From contig NC_042999.1 of the NCBI RefSeq assembly GCF_006345805.1, forward strand, positions 121,582,001 through 121,646,000: 64,000 nt of DNA, given 5' to 3'. The first letter of the stretch is position 1. The number at the start of each line of letters is the position of its first letter. Under the pieces are notes generated by a model, which saw only the letters and a list, made by a program, of their open reading frames with translations, had not been told where the DNA came from and searched no databases. A program made the position numbers and the translations under genes. Shown here piece by piece: positions 51,625 to 64,000 of this stretch. This DNA comes from Octopus sinensis. Taxonomy: Eukaryota.

Positions 51625-53770
51625 TGTGTACATATAGATGAGATTCATTTAAAGTTTCTGCAAATGATGAATTGTTCGTTTTGCAGATCTCTTCTTGCAA
51701 TCTGGGCAGCTGAAATATATTTTGTATCACAGCAGCTACTAAAACACCAGTGCCAACCACTTCACTACGAGCAAAAATTTCCAAATTCAACTGATTCTTC
51801 ATTACATGGTCCACTTGTTTTGATGACCAATATGTTGGAGTTAATTTTTTTGCATTATCTCTCACAAGTATGATAAAACGACCCATAAAGTCATCCATAT
51901 TCATTGCCAGAATGCCCTATCAATGCTTGAATCAATAACCAGAATAATGAACCAGAGAAATAAAGTATTGTCATAAACATTCACTACTCTCCCCACTTTG
52001 ATCGGTAATTGAGTATCCTTCTTATATCATGATTGAGATGCATCTCTTCAACTTTCATGCCTGCAACTTTGGACATATATCTGAGGGTTATTTAAGGAAC
52101 AGTTCCCTCTTCAATATATCACCCTGCAAAAACTGCTGAGATGAAGTCAAGAGTCTGCACTCCAAACCATTGCTCTCCAAAACATTACTGATTAATTAAC
52201 ACTATTAACTATGATTTCATGGCTGTATATTGGAGAGTCTGTTTCTAGATCACTTGCAAATTCCTCATGACCATGTGCAACACAATAAGCCTTCGTTATC
52301 TTTTTATTATTATTCTGTCATCATCATCATCGTTTAACGTCCGTTTTCCATGCTAGCAAGGGGTGGATGGTTCGACCGGGGTCTGGGAAGCCAGGTGGCT
52401 GCACCAGGCTCCAGTCTGATCTGGCAGTGTTTCTACAGCTGGATACCCTTCCTAACGCCAACCACACCATGAGTGTAGTGGGTACTTTTTATGTCACTGG
52501 CACAGGTGCCAGGGGAGGCTGGCAACAGCCATGATCAGTTGGTGCTTTTTATGTGCCACCGGCACAGAAGCCAGTCAAAGTGGCGCTGGCATCGACCACA
52601 TACGGATGGTCCCAGTAATCACTCCTTCTTGACCTATGTAGGGTAGACATTCAAATACACCATGACTCATATTTTATATTACTGTGTGCTTTGCATCAAT
52701 TACAGCTTTTCACTGTTCTTTCATTACAGTGAGTAAAACTGCATGTTCACGTGTACCTACTTCAACAGCTTCCTGAGTAACATGTCCCCACTGATTTTCA
52801 TGATCCCAGTTAGCACATGTAGAATATTTATTCTCCCCTTTTGGTATTATATTCATCCAAAAATTGTAGTTTCCTCTTTGACTTTGGCTATTTAATCATA
52901 GTTTTATCTTCTTTTTCACTTCTCACATTCATTCATGTTATATTCAGCCTTGTTGTTTCTGCCTGTTTTTTCAGTTTTGCTTTTTAAACATTTATATCAT
53001 TAGCTTCATTGCTACCAATGTCTTCTTTATCAAAAGGTTCATTTTTCTCATTAGATACACCTTCATACAATTCATTCACTACTGTAATAACTCCCATACT
53101 TCTTTTATGCCCCTTTATCACAACTTCATCATTTGACATGAATGCATTCTGTAAAATGTTCCTCCATTCCTATTTAATCGAAGGACCACACCATCCTTTA
53201 AAATTTTGTCTTTTGTAAGAGATCTGGTTACTAACTCAAAAATCTTCATCTGTGTAAATCCTTATTTTAGACCTCAGTGCTCTCTTTATATTTGCACTAG
53301 CCTCATCTTTGATGAAACTATTTTTTGCATATGAAGTACACTTAACCATGTCACTTAATTGTTGTAGATTTCAGAGTAAGTAATTTGTAAGTCAGAAGAG
53401 ATAGTACATTAAAATTAGGGCCAAAAACAAATTCATTAGGAATATGACCCGAATAATTCTGGAGTGTCTTGTTCACATGAACAATCCATGTCAGGACTAT
53501 CTTATATTTCTGATTTTCTAGAATTTTCTTCATTGCTTTCCTAATGATCTTTTCCACTTTATTTGTTTTGATTAAACTGGCAGCAGGATATCTAACAGTG
53601 GCATCAATGATTCAGAATCCAGGACTTGTGACTGCATGCCTCCAGATCAAGACGTAGTCCTACCATTCATCTACATGGAAGCTTTCTAAACTATGGACAA
53701 ATATGATGAGTCGTAGATTTTTTTATTTAGAAATTCATCATTCATGGAAGTCCTACCCTTCCAAACTAAA
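51625..53770 (-). mobile_element. Decayed Ty1/copia LTR retrotransposon internal remnant (INT-RT-RNase H)
   Basis: INT: IIDATVRYPAA, LTWIVHVNKTLQNYSGHIPNEFVFG, YKRQNFKGWCGP. RT: CVAHGHEEF.SDLETDSP, FLQGDILKRELFLK...KLKRCI. RH: RFIILVRD...PTYWSSKQV..VMKNQL..E...ICKTNNSSFAETL. The order on the minus strand is INT, then RT, then RH. Confidence 0.75.
52318..52615 (-). mobile_element. RTE-tail SINE or LINE 3' end inserted in the copia remnant
   Basis: CATCATCATCATCGTTTAACGTCCGTTTTCCATGCTAGC...GGGTCTGGGAAGCCAG..GGCTGCACCAGGC, the same as the copy at 42076-42180. Confidence 0.75.
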
Positions 53771-54769
53771 GGAATCATTTTCTCCTTTGAAGCATGGGAA
53801 AACTGACAGTGGACTTTTTCCTTTTCTCATCACTAGGGCACAGTCTTAAATTTTTTATGTCTAATACAATGTTTAGAAGAATACTTACACAGACACATGC
53901 ATACACACATGCAAAGTACTTTATTTTCATGTTGCTACAGTTTATTCCATAGTAAATAGTATCAAACTGGTTGCTGGTGCAGCTCTCTCCTCTAGCTTTC
54001 ACATTCTGGATGTGTTACAAGGTCAAGGACGAGAGAACTGAGAGAATGTCAGTTTCTTATTGTAACTACATGCACACCTAAAGCAATTAGCAAAAGTATG
54101 GGACATGTTACCAAGCCATACTCACTCATGAGTGATGGTTAGCTATATTGTATTTGTGTGTGTATGTGTGTATACACTCACTAACAAGTCTCATACATAT
54201 TCCACAAGATACATCATGATTAGTCTTAGCAAAGAAGTTTTCATGAAATTGCTCAACATTCATAAAGTTTATGAATTATTTGGGGATACAACATGAATTC
54301 TATATAGTGAACGAATGAATGGAATTAGTTAACCTCTGATTCATCATATAGGAGTAAGTCTTCTGTAAAAGAATGTTCTATTTCAAGAATTGTATCTCTT
54401 ATTAGTTGATGTAAAAGACAGAATACTACTTCAGCCAGCAGTAAGGTTAACATACATGTGCAGTTAGGTATAAAAGCTATCCGGGTCAGTTGAATGTACC
54501 AAAGAAGTTAATACTTTTATATTCAAACAGATAAAACTGTTTTAAGGGAAAACTGTCTCAAAGTGTTTTACATAGAATTAACTTCTCACACTAACTCAGT
54601 AACAAGAAACGTGTGCATACTCCATATTGCTATCATAACTAATCTTAGCAATGCGTTTTTCAGAAATGTGTTCATATAAATTATTACTTGGGGGCAAAGA
54701 TATTGAATCTAAAAACTAAGAAAATAAATATAAAAAGCTAACTTCTGAAATGTGAATTATCTTTTATCA

Positions 54770-55075
54770 TTTACTTGTTTCAGTCATTGAATTGCAACCA
54801 TGCTGGGGTTGAAGCTTTTAGTCAACCATGCTGGGTCTTGAAGCTGTTAGTCAAATGAATCAGCCCCAATACTGATTTTCTTAAGTCTGATATTTATTCT
54901 ATTGGTCTCCTTTGCCAAACTGTTGTTAAGATACAGGGACAGAAGCAAACTAACATTGGTTGTCAAGTGTTGGTGGTGGGAGAAAACACACAACACACAC
55001 ACACATACATATACGATTAACTTCCACTAAGTTTCTGTCTTCCACATTCACTTAAGAAACATTGGTCAGCATGGT
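54770..55075 (-). mobile_element. SINE (third family) with an internal ~30-bp tandem duplication
   Basis: TTACTTGTTTCAGTCATTGA...CAACCATGCTGGG occurs twice. Confidence 0.65.
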
Positions 55076-55793
55076 AAATAAGATTATAGTTAGCAGCAAA
55101 AGTAAAACAAAATATCATCTTGCAATGGTCCATTGCATATATATGGTTTCAATGTCAACATTGTTCCACTGGTGTGGTGTTGAAAAAGAATAATGACAGG
55201 ATATGATACATGGCAAAGATTCAGTACAGATAGATGTAGCCTACCCCTTGATAACAAGGTGGCTTAGAACAGGAAATAGGAGAGATGAGTGATAGGCAAG
55301 GGTAATGATAAGAGGGTAGTAAATAAAGCCCCAATACCAACATAACAAGAGAGCCAAATACATCTCATTCCATAGCCATCCCATTTTGAATATATGTGTG
55401 TGCATGTGTATATATATATATATATAATATATATATATGTATATATATAAATATGTATACACAACACACGCATGTATGTGTTCATGTGCATGTCTGTGTT
55501 GTATTCCCCTTGTATTCATCTATGTACATTGATTAGAAATACAGCATCTCCCTTTGTACATATGGTATTGCGTCAGTTATTTGCAGTTATCTGCAAAAGT
55601 TTATTTGGGTTGTTCATTGCTGGATAGATTGAGGGAAGTTATTACCTTGTTTAGAAACTAGTAAAAAACCATACTCATTGGAAGAACCATACTCATAGTG
55701 CAACAGAGTGCTAAAACAACCTACAATCAACACACACACATATCTAATCTCTAGGTCACTCTCTTTCTATGTAAGTATATGTATATTTGTGTC

Positions 55794-55827
<34 letters not shown>

Positions 55828-58800
55828 GTGTGTGTGTGTATGCATATATTCATGCATACAGACACACAGAGGAAGAGAGAGAGAGTATGATGTATGTGTC
55901 TATGTATATGTATGTGTGTGTGTGTGTATATATATATATGTGTGTGTGTGTGCATCAGCCCTGGGTTGAAACCAGGAAAAGATAAAAGATATGTGTGTGT
56001 AAGCATTTATGCTTATCCATTCATTTTTTTTTTGTACATACATACTAAATAATATTTTGTTTTAAATTGTTGATGCATTTTCTTAATTGAGGTACTACTA
56101 CTTTGTTTTTTTTTTCCATGCAAAAGCTGGATGTCAAATTTGTTTTAGAAAATGAAAAACAAAAATCAAATGAGCTCCTAGCTTCTTGCTAAGTAGGAGG
56201 AACCATTAATCCTGAACGATTTTACGTGTGTTCATATACATGCAATCTCAATTTTCAGAAATTAAACAAAACTATTCAGGTTTGGGGTTTGTTATTCAGA
56301 AGAAAAAGAAAAAGAAAGCGTTTTCATTTTTGTTTTTAATTCTTTTCTCTTGATTCCTGTCTATTTAATCTTAGGGCAATATTTTAGAGTATTAGGCTGA
56401 TCTAATAACAAGTGCAAAGTAAGAGTTTCTAGAATGCAGAAATGTTTGCACATAAAGAATCACTGACTACATAGGAAAGAGCTGTCACTTACATCAATTT
56501 GCTTCAAATAATTTGCTATGTTGAATACTGAAAGAATACAAGTAACTGCCAGAGGTTTTTATTTAATTAAAATCAGTCAGTTTAGAAGCAAACTACTAAA
56601 TGAGATATCTAGAAATACAAAAATAGGAATCAGTCTTTGATGCATTTCTATAGAACTGGAATTATATCTGAAGAATGGGAGTAAAATAGTAGTGTATAGG
56701 ATGTATTTATCATTCTCTGAAAATACTAATGTGCAAAATATAGCTTAAATTTTGGCTTAATAGGAAATAGGAATTAATTTAACTTCTTGTCTTGTAAGGC
56801 ATTTGGGGTTAAAGAAATTAGTATAGAGTTAAAAATACTAAAATAAAGGCTACAGAGGTATGTGTGATAACTGACATTAGAATATGGAGTATTTCAGCTA
56901 GTTATAAAACTCACTGTCTGTCTATGATACATTCTGAAGAAGATAGAAAACAATAACAATAAAAAATATTTATGTAAGCCTAGCAAAGAGGCATAAATTG
57001 AAAATATTTATTGAAGGCCAGTGGACATTTCAGCTGTTGAAGCTTGATTTGAACCAACAAAAATTGTTGTAGATATCACAGTAAGTTGCTAGTATATTAA
57101 TTAAGAGATAATCAACCGACCTTAAAGGAGAGATAAAAAATTAAGGAGCTGGTCATGGTATCTGCAGGCAAAGCAGATAATAGATGAGGAGGGAAGCAAA
57201 AAACTAATGAAGTACAAATGTCTGAGTTGAATAATCAAATTATGTAAGTGGATCAGAGAGATATAGAAAAGTTAAACTGCAGTTGTTTTTGCTTAGCCTC
57301 AGGTATGCTCTCACCCAGCAAACCTTTAATCAAATACATTCCAGCACAAACCAACCTGACATTTCTCCATACACAGAGTTGGAAGTGCTGCAATAAAATG
57401 CTTCCAGTACACTCTGTAAAAAGTTCAGTACCTGGAAGAGTAGCCAACAATGAAAACAATACAAAAAAATTGGAATATATGAGCATGAAATGTTCCATGG
57501 CTCATCTAGAATGGTGGTAAATCTGATAAGAACTTATTTGATCTGTGATAATACATCCATCTCATGCAGGCATGTAAAAGCAGACATAAAATGACAGGAA
57601 TGTGTTATCAATTGTGCCTCTCATGTTCAAAACTGTTTGGTTATCATTTGATGAAAATTTAGCTGATATTTCTAGCAGGCTGAAAAATTATGTAAAGGCT
57701 CTCTAATCGGGTTGAATTGAATTATAGTTTTGCTTTGGAGCAACACCAGACATTGTAACTACACATAATAAAAAATGGATGTATCACTGTCAAACTTATC
57801 AAACTACTCAAATCTAATAATTGAAAAAATATCAAAAATTAAAAAAAAGTAATTTAAATAAACCCAGAAATAAACAATTAGTGGGTGTTCTGCCACCAAA
57901 AATAACAAAATAAATTTAAATTAATTTAGATTTATTTGGCTTCCTCAAGCTTATTATTTATTTTTGTGGGATCAATAACTTTTTTGTTTTTATAATTTCT
58001 TTTATATTTTTTGTTTGTAAGAAATATTCTGGAAAACCGCCTAAACTAAGAACATTACTTTTGGTTGTCTGACTAATTTCAGAACCTTAGGATTTACCTA
58101 CATTTTGCTTTAAATTTTTTGAATTTTTTTATTATTATTTTTATTGAACACTATAATACATACAATTTATATTTAGCACCTGCTAATGTATACTATATTT
58201 TCCTAGTTTATTATAATTGACAATCAAGTAAGATATTTGTCTAATCTAAGCTTGTCAGTTTATATGTAACTCTAAAATACCTACCAATTAACGAAATTAC
58301 AACATATGCAATTCCCACTGAAAATTCACTTATCATTCTCAATTTATTTAAATTCCAAACATTGTTCCAAACTGTTTCCATAATGCTTACTTCATGAAAC
58401 TGCAACTTTTACTAGTCCTCCCATAATTTATCATTTCCTGTCAACTAATTGTCTTAAAAAAAATTTAGTAAGTTTCAGAGGTTATTGAACTTGCTCTATC
58501 TATTTAGATTAACTGAATGAATTATAATAATGCTAAGCAAAATAAGTGATGAGAATGTGTTTATCTACTTCAATACATTGATTATGAAATTTAACTTATA
58601 CTTGTTAATATAAAGATCATTAAATTTTGCTTAAGCATCACTCTTGATGCTTGATTAATAACTATCAATATATCTCAATTATCATCCGTTTTAAAATTAT
58701 ATCCTTACCACATATTCTTTGTTTTTAATATGCAGTATGATAATCCTCAAAATTCTCTCACATATCATATATGTGGGAGAGGGCTAAGCATATCCAACAT

Positions 58801-61800
58801 CATAAGTGGCAAGTATGGACAAAATTCTCTCACATAACATTACAATCTCATAACTCAAAATACAAATACAACTGTGTACTTACTTTAACCAAATATCAAT
58901 AAACTACATGGCAAATAACAATTGTAAAAGCCAACAAGGAAGTCACTCAATCTGGTAGGAATAAAACTTAAATATCTTACAAACCATATATTTGTGATCT
59001 TAGTATAGTGCCTAATTTCGCACTGAGAGTAAATCTATGATTTTTTATACTTTTGGTGTGATTTTGTATATATATTTTTGATAATCAATACTCTATTGCT
59101 ACTCTAATATTTAATGCCAATTCATCAACCTTGTACCATTATGTAAATTATGTGCTATTCAAAAGGTGCTTACATTTTCATCCCAAGCAATCAAAAGCTC
59201 TGCTGTATAACTATAAGCTTTTATTTCACAGCATGACTAAATACATAATTATTAAATATATGGTTATGGTTTTGTATACATACATATTTATGAGATATAC
59301 ATCACCTAGTTAAATATCACTTAGTTGCTGAGAGAATCTTTCATAGAATAGGTTAAATGTCTAATAGTTATTGGATGCCTGTGGAGATGAGAATTTAAAG
59401 TAAAATTTACTAATGCACACCAGTTATAATCAGGGCAAGAGTTCAGGTTCAACAACAAAACTGCCCAAGATGATAGGCATTTCCAAACTGAGCAACACAT
59501 TCTATGTAAATACACAAATATCAATAATACATTCTTCATATTCACTGTTTTTCCCTTGTTGAAAAAACATGAATTTTGTTGAGCCAATAACAAAACTTCT
59601 GTTGAGCTAACAGCAAAAATTTTGCTGAGCCAATGACAAAACCACTAAGCTTACAAAACCATGTCATTAGTAAACTTAATAGAACATTGACTGTTGATGT
59701 ACCCCCTAAGAACTACATTATACTGTTACTTACTCTTAAACATCCAAAACAATTGTTCATGAGTTTTAATAAGTTTGCATTCTTTGAGAGAAAGTAAATC
59801 TTGAGAGAAAAGAAACTGCCAATATTAAAATATTTTTGTTTTGGACTTAGAAAATTATAGTTTTTATTTCAGGTAAAAGATCAATCCCAATATGCTTCAT
59901 TCTGGTTCCTCATATACCAAATTATATAAAATTAAGGATTTCATAGTAAAATTTCTGCTAATACAGATCAATTCCAGTTTCTTTGGGCTCTTTTGTTTTT
60001 ACATTCATTACCATAGCCTGGCAAGTGTAGAACTCACAAAGTTTATTCATTAACATCATTACTTTCAAATTAAAAAAAGAAATTGAAGTAATGATTTTTT
60101 ACTATTTATATTAAATGTGAGAAATGAGTTTGAAAATTCACTTTAATCAATTTGGGGCATAGATGAAAGTATTGATTTATTTAGTACACATATGTAAATA
60201 AAGTAAAGACAGTAACAATTTTGTTTGACTATTATGAAATATTTCATAGCAACACAATATCTATATATACTGAAATCTTATATTATTCAGGTAAGCTTCT
60301 TTATCTAACTGATACATTTTTCTTTAAAATTGATATTCTCAAAATAACTTTTACAATTCCCTTGATTCAACAAATTTAAAAGCAAATAGTCTTAAATTAG
60401 TGGCCAGCTCGAGGGTCAAATTTATTTTTCAAGTTAAAGATATTCTACAAAAAAAATTTTTTAGCTTATAAAAAGTCAGAAATCAATACTTACATAAGAA
60501 TAAATTAAATTTGGTTTTATTCCAAGATGAAGTGCTGAAACTACATTAAAAACAAGCCAAACTAAAGAAAACCCTTGTTCAATTTGGCTAGCTAAAATAT
60601 GTCACTGAATGAAAAAGAAATTAAGATTTCTTCAATAAAAATAAACCCAATATCAAACAACACTATAGAGATAGGAAGCATGTTTTTCATGATTTTCTTC
60701 AAAGGAAAATATAAAATAAAATTTATTATAATGAAGTTTTGTGAGCGTTATCTAGTTACTAGGATTTCTATGAATTGTATTTCTAACAACTAACTCAAAA
60801 CAAATTAAAAAAAAGATATATATATACACACAAATTCAGTCTACAAAATATCTCGTAATAAATTATAATTTTATTTTCATGTCTAGAACTGATATTTTAT
60901 GATGTCACTAGCTAATAAAATATTTTGCTCACTGAGTAAAATACGACTGAATATTAATACACATATGTATTCATAGGCAAATATACATACATATTCATAC
61001 AGAATCAACTCAGTTGTAAGGTTTATTTTTCGTCTTTGATAAATATGTACTTATCTTTTGGCCTTATAATACTCTTTTTAACCCTAAATTTATTTTTGCT
61101 TACTTGTCATATGTAGCATTTCAATAATTTGTCCTTTTACAAGGTAAAAAAATATTTTAATTAGAAATAACAATTGAATGTTTTAGTAAATTAAATCTGT
61201 TGACAATGCATTTATGCTTTTCTGTTTACAAAGTTTTATTTTCTCCTTCTGTTTGTTTTAAAATCTTTCTCTTGATGGTTTCTGTAAATATATGCTTCTA
61301 TTTCTTCATTTTCCTATCATTATCAAATTAATATATTTTATAAGTTTATACAAAATACAACTACTAAAAAGCTGTATTTATATGAAATTCAGGGCTCATT
61401 TAAATTCATTTTAGTTAAAAAAGATTCTTTATTGAACCAATATATAAGAGAGAAGTGCCTCAGTGTCTGGAAAGAAGGAAGGAAAAATCCATTTGCTGTA
61501 CTTAATGTTAAGATTTTATATACACCAAATAATAGAATTAGAAATATAGCTCCCCACCCCATTGAATATTGTTGTTGTTGTTTAACTCCTAAACAGCTCT
61601 AGTTGACCACACCTATGACCAAACAGTTCTAAAAATGACTATTGTATTTTTTTTCCAGAGCTGTAAACTCTATTAGAAAATAGTTTCTCAATGTATTGAA
61701 ATGGCTGTTCAAGGCATAGTTACCCTTGATCATCATGAAAACTTTCTCTACAGAGATATATATTCTATTCTGTTATTCATTTATAATATATTTGCAGCTA

Positions 61801-64000
61801 TTTATATTTTGTACATAATGACAATGACTAGAGTGAATTCGAAAGGTTCTTTCTTCACTTAAGGAAACTATAAATTGACACCATTTGTAGTCTTATTTGA
61901 TTTTTTTCTTATCTGATTTTTTTTTTCTGTTTTATCTATAATAAAAGATCAATCTTTGGTATATCTATAATGATGAATGATACTATGTTTTCTATCATTA
62001 ATCCTCATTTTGTTTTCATCATGTAAAATAACATTTGAAGTATAAGATCTCTTTCTCTTGCATTCTCAACACTCACATACACATATATATTGTAGTGAGG
62101 CTTCCGTTGAGCTTTGAACTATAACTCGCAGATTTTCTTAGTCTAGAACCTAATATATATCCAGAAAAGAAAAGTGTCACTGTAAAAGGTAATAATGCCT
62201 AATTTATATGGCTTGACCACTCAGCACTAGCTAAACTATTATGGTTTATGTGGCAAGCTTTAATGGATGTGTGCAACTTTTCATGCCAAAGTTTTGTCAT
62301 AAAAAGTTGGCAAATTCAACATTAGGCCAGAGTCACTTGCCGATCTAAGGGAATCTATGTCACTTGGCTCACTGATTTGGTCTCTCCTACTCTTTCACTT
62401 TTCTTATATAGCATGCTTACAGCATACTTATCATAAGGATGTTACATATTACACATTAAAAACAAGCAATCATTTAAATTTCTCTTAATTATTTCATCTT
62501 CAATGGACTATGCACTACTTTCATAATACTATCTAGCATGTTATAATATGGAAGATTCCCAACTGTTGTGTTCATTGAACATTTATTTAATTTATTGAAT
62601 GTGCACTTGTAGATATAAACATAGTGGATTAATATAACATTTGAAAACTCGATAAAATTTTAGTGTGGTCATTGTCTTCTTACATTGCCTAACTTACAGT
62701 GTGAACAGCTAATGAAGAATATATGACCAACCACCATGCTAAAATATATCTATAAATCCTTTTGTACAAATAGGAGACTGAGTGCTTAATACTTGTTATT
62801 TATTTATTTGTGTGAAACTATTGATGAATACTTTTCTTACTGGAACAAATGCAGAAAAGCATTGGAGTAGCTAAAGAATAAATCTTCAGCTTTGAACAAC
62901 TACACATTAACATAAACCTTCAGGACTTTTGAATAAAATTATGAAGAAATTTTACAACAGTTTTTTATACTGACAGAAATCCTCAATCTTCTAGGAGAGA
63001 GTATTGTTGACCAAATCAGTCCCATTGTTTGATTGATACTTATTTTATCAAAACTGAAAATGTAAAAAGCAAAGATAATCACTGTGAGATTGAAGAGAGA
63101 ACATAATGTGAAGCTCTAAATTCATTGCTAGGCTTTATCATTTCTGTAACTCTTCCATCAATAGAAGGGATCCCCTTTGTCCTTACTTAACCTACTAGAA
63201 ACATCAACTAAATCTGGATAAGGTCGTTCTGGGTATGGAAAATGTAAAATAAGAGTGTCATAATATAGAGTGGGCTTGATTATAAAACTGTTTTCTCAGA
63301 TAAAAATTTGATAAAAATAGCACAACATAATCCCTGCATGTTGTGCTTGATTTTCATATTCGGAATATTTCAGTGCTTATGACAGTGATTGAAGATGAAG
63401 AAAAAACAGTTTTGATAAATATATTTTAAAATTGCTTTGTTCATTAATTCAAGTTTATTATTATCTAACTGAAGTATATCATTCTATAATTCAAATACGC
63501 CAAAGCATAACTTAAAATTATAAAATATTAAACAGAAGAATATATATAATGCTTTTGATATATGATAGCTCATTTGCTAATCTCTCAATGTGGATTCTGA
63601 TTTGCTTTTTAATTTTAGTATATTTAAGCAAATTAAAACCTGAATATTAATTCGAATGAATCTTAAAATGCTTATATACTGAAAAGGCTTATTACACAAC
63701 ACTAACCGACTATGATTCAAAGCAATAAGATCAATAAGGATTATTTTTAATCAATCAAGTTGAAATTGTAAAAGGTTAAAATAAAAATTATGCTTAATAA
63801 TATCTATATGATTAGCTATGATGTTTATACTCAGTTGTTGCTCAAACAGAGTTTCAATGTATTCAATAAAATTATTGTTTATATTTGCAATTCAGGTGAT
63901 TCTGAATTTTGTTATAATTCTAAATGTTTCTTAAAATAATTATCTTTGATGTATTTAAACACAAATAAGTGTTAAATAGAAGAATGCATTAATAGTTTGA

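Noticed and set aside
57248-57600. 90-aa (+) and 81-aa (-) ORFs as a gene
   Set aside because: Overlaps a decayed RTE-tail or SINE segment (CCAGTACACTCTGTAAA...GCATGTAAAAGCAGAC); no recognisable motif.
62995-63110. Apparent exon GESIVDQISPIVLIDTYF
   Set aside because: The sequence is a decayed reverse copy of the common SINE body (...TACTTATTTTATC...AAAGC/GCAAAG).

Overview
AT-rich, repeat-dense eukaryotic (animal) genomic DNA. The SINE, RTE, Penelope, Helitron and mariner repertoire and the dense (TA)n/(CA)n/(CAT)n/(ATT)n microsatellites resemble an octopus-type cephalopod genome; this is recalled, not database-checked. No complete protein-coding gene, rRNA, tRNA or CRISPR array can be supported. 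Most ORFs in the track are microsatellite artefacts or decayed transposon fragments. Supported content: R4/Dong-like, RTE and CR1/L2-type LINE remnants, a Ty1/copia remnant in INT-RT-RH order, three mariner remnants, a Helitron with intact ends and a PIF1-type helicase fragment, a probable solo LTR nested in a SINE, many tRNA-derived SINEs and a 2.1-kb TA/TATG tract. The most notable signal is three different Penelope-type elements, each carrying a minimal type I hammerhead ribozyme motif. One of them is a ~500-bp spacer-less palindrome of two tRNA-headed, hammerhead-bearing units bounded by a perfect 13-bp target-site duplication. Several isolated splice-flanked open frames may be exons of a long-intron host gene, but they cannot be assembled or named.
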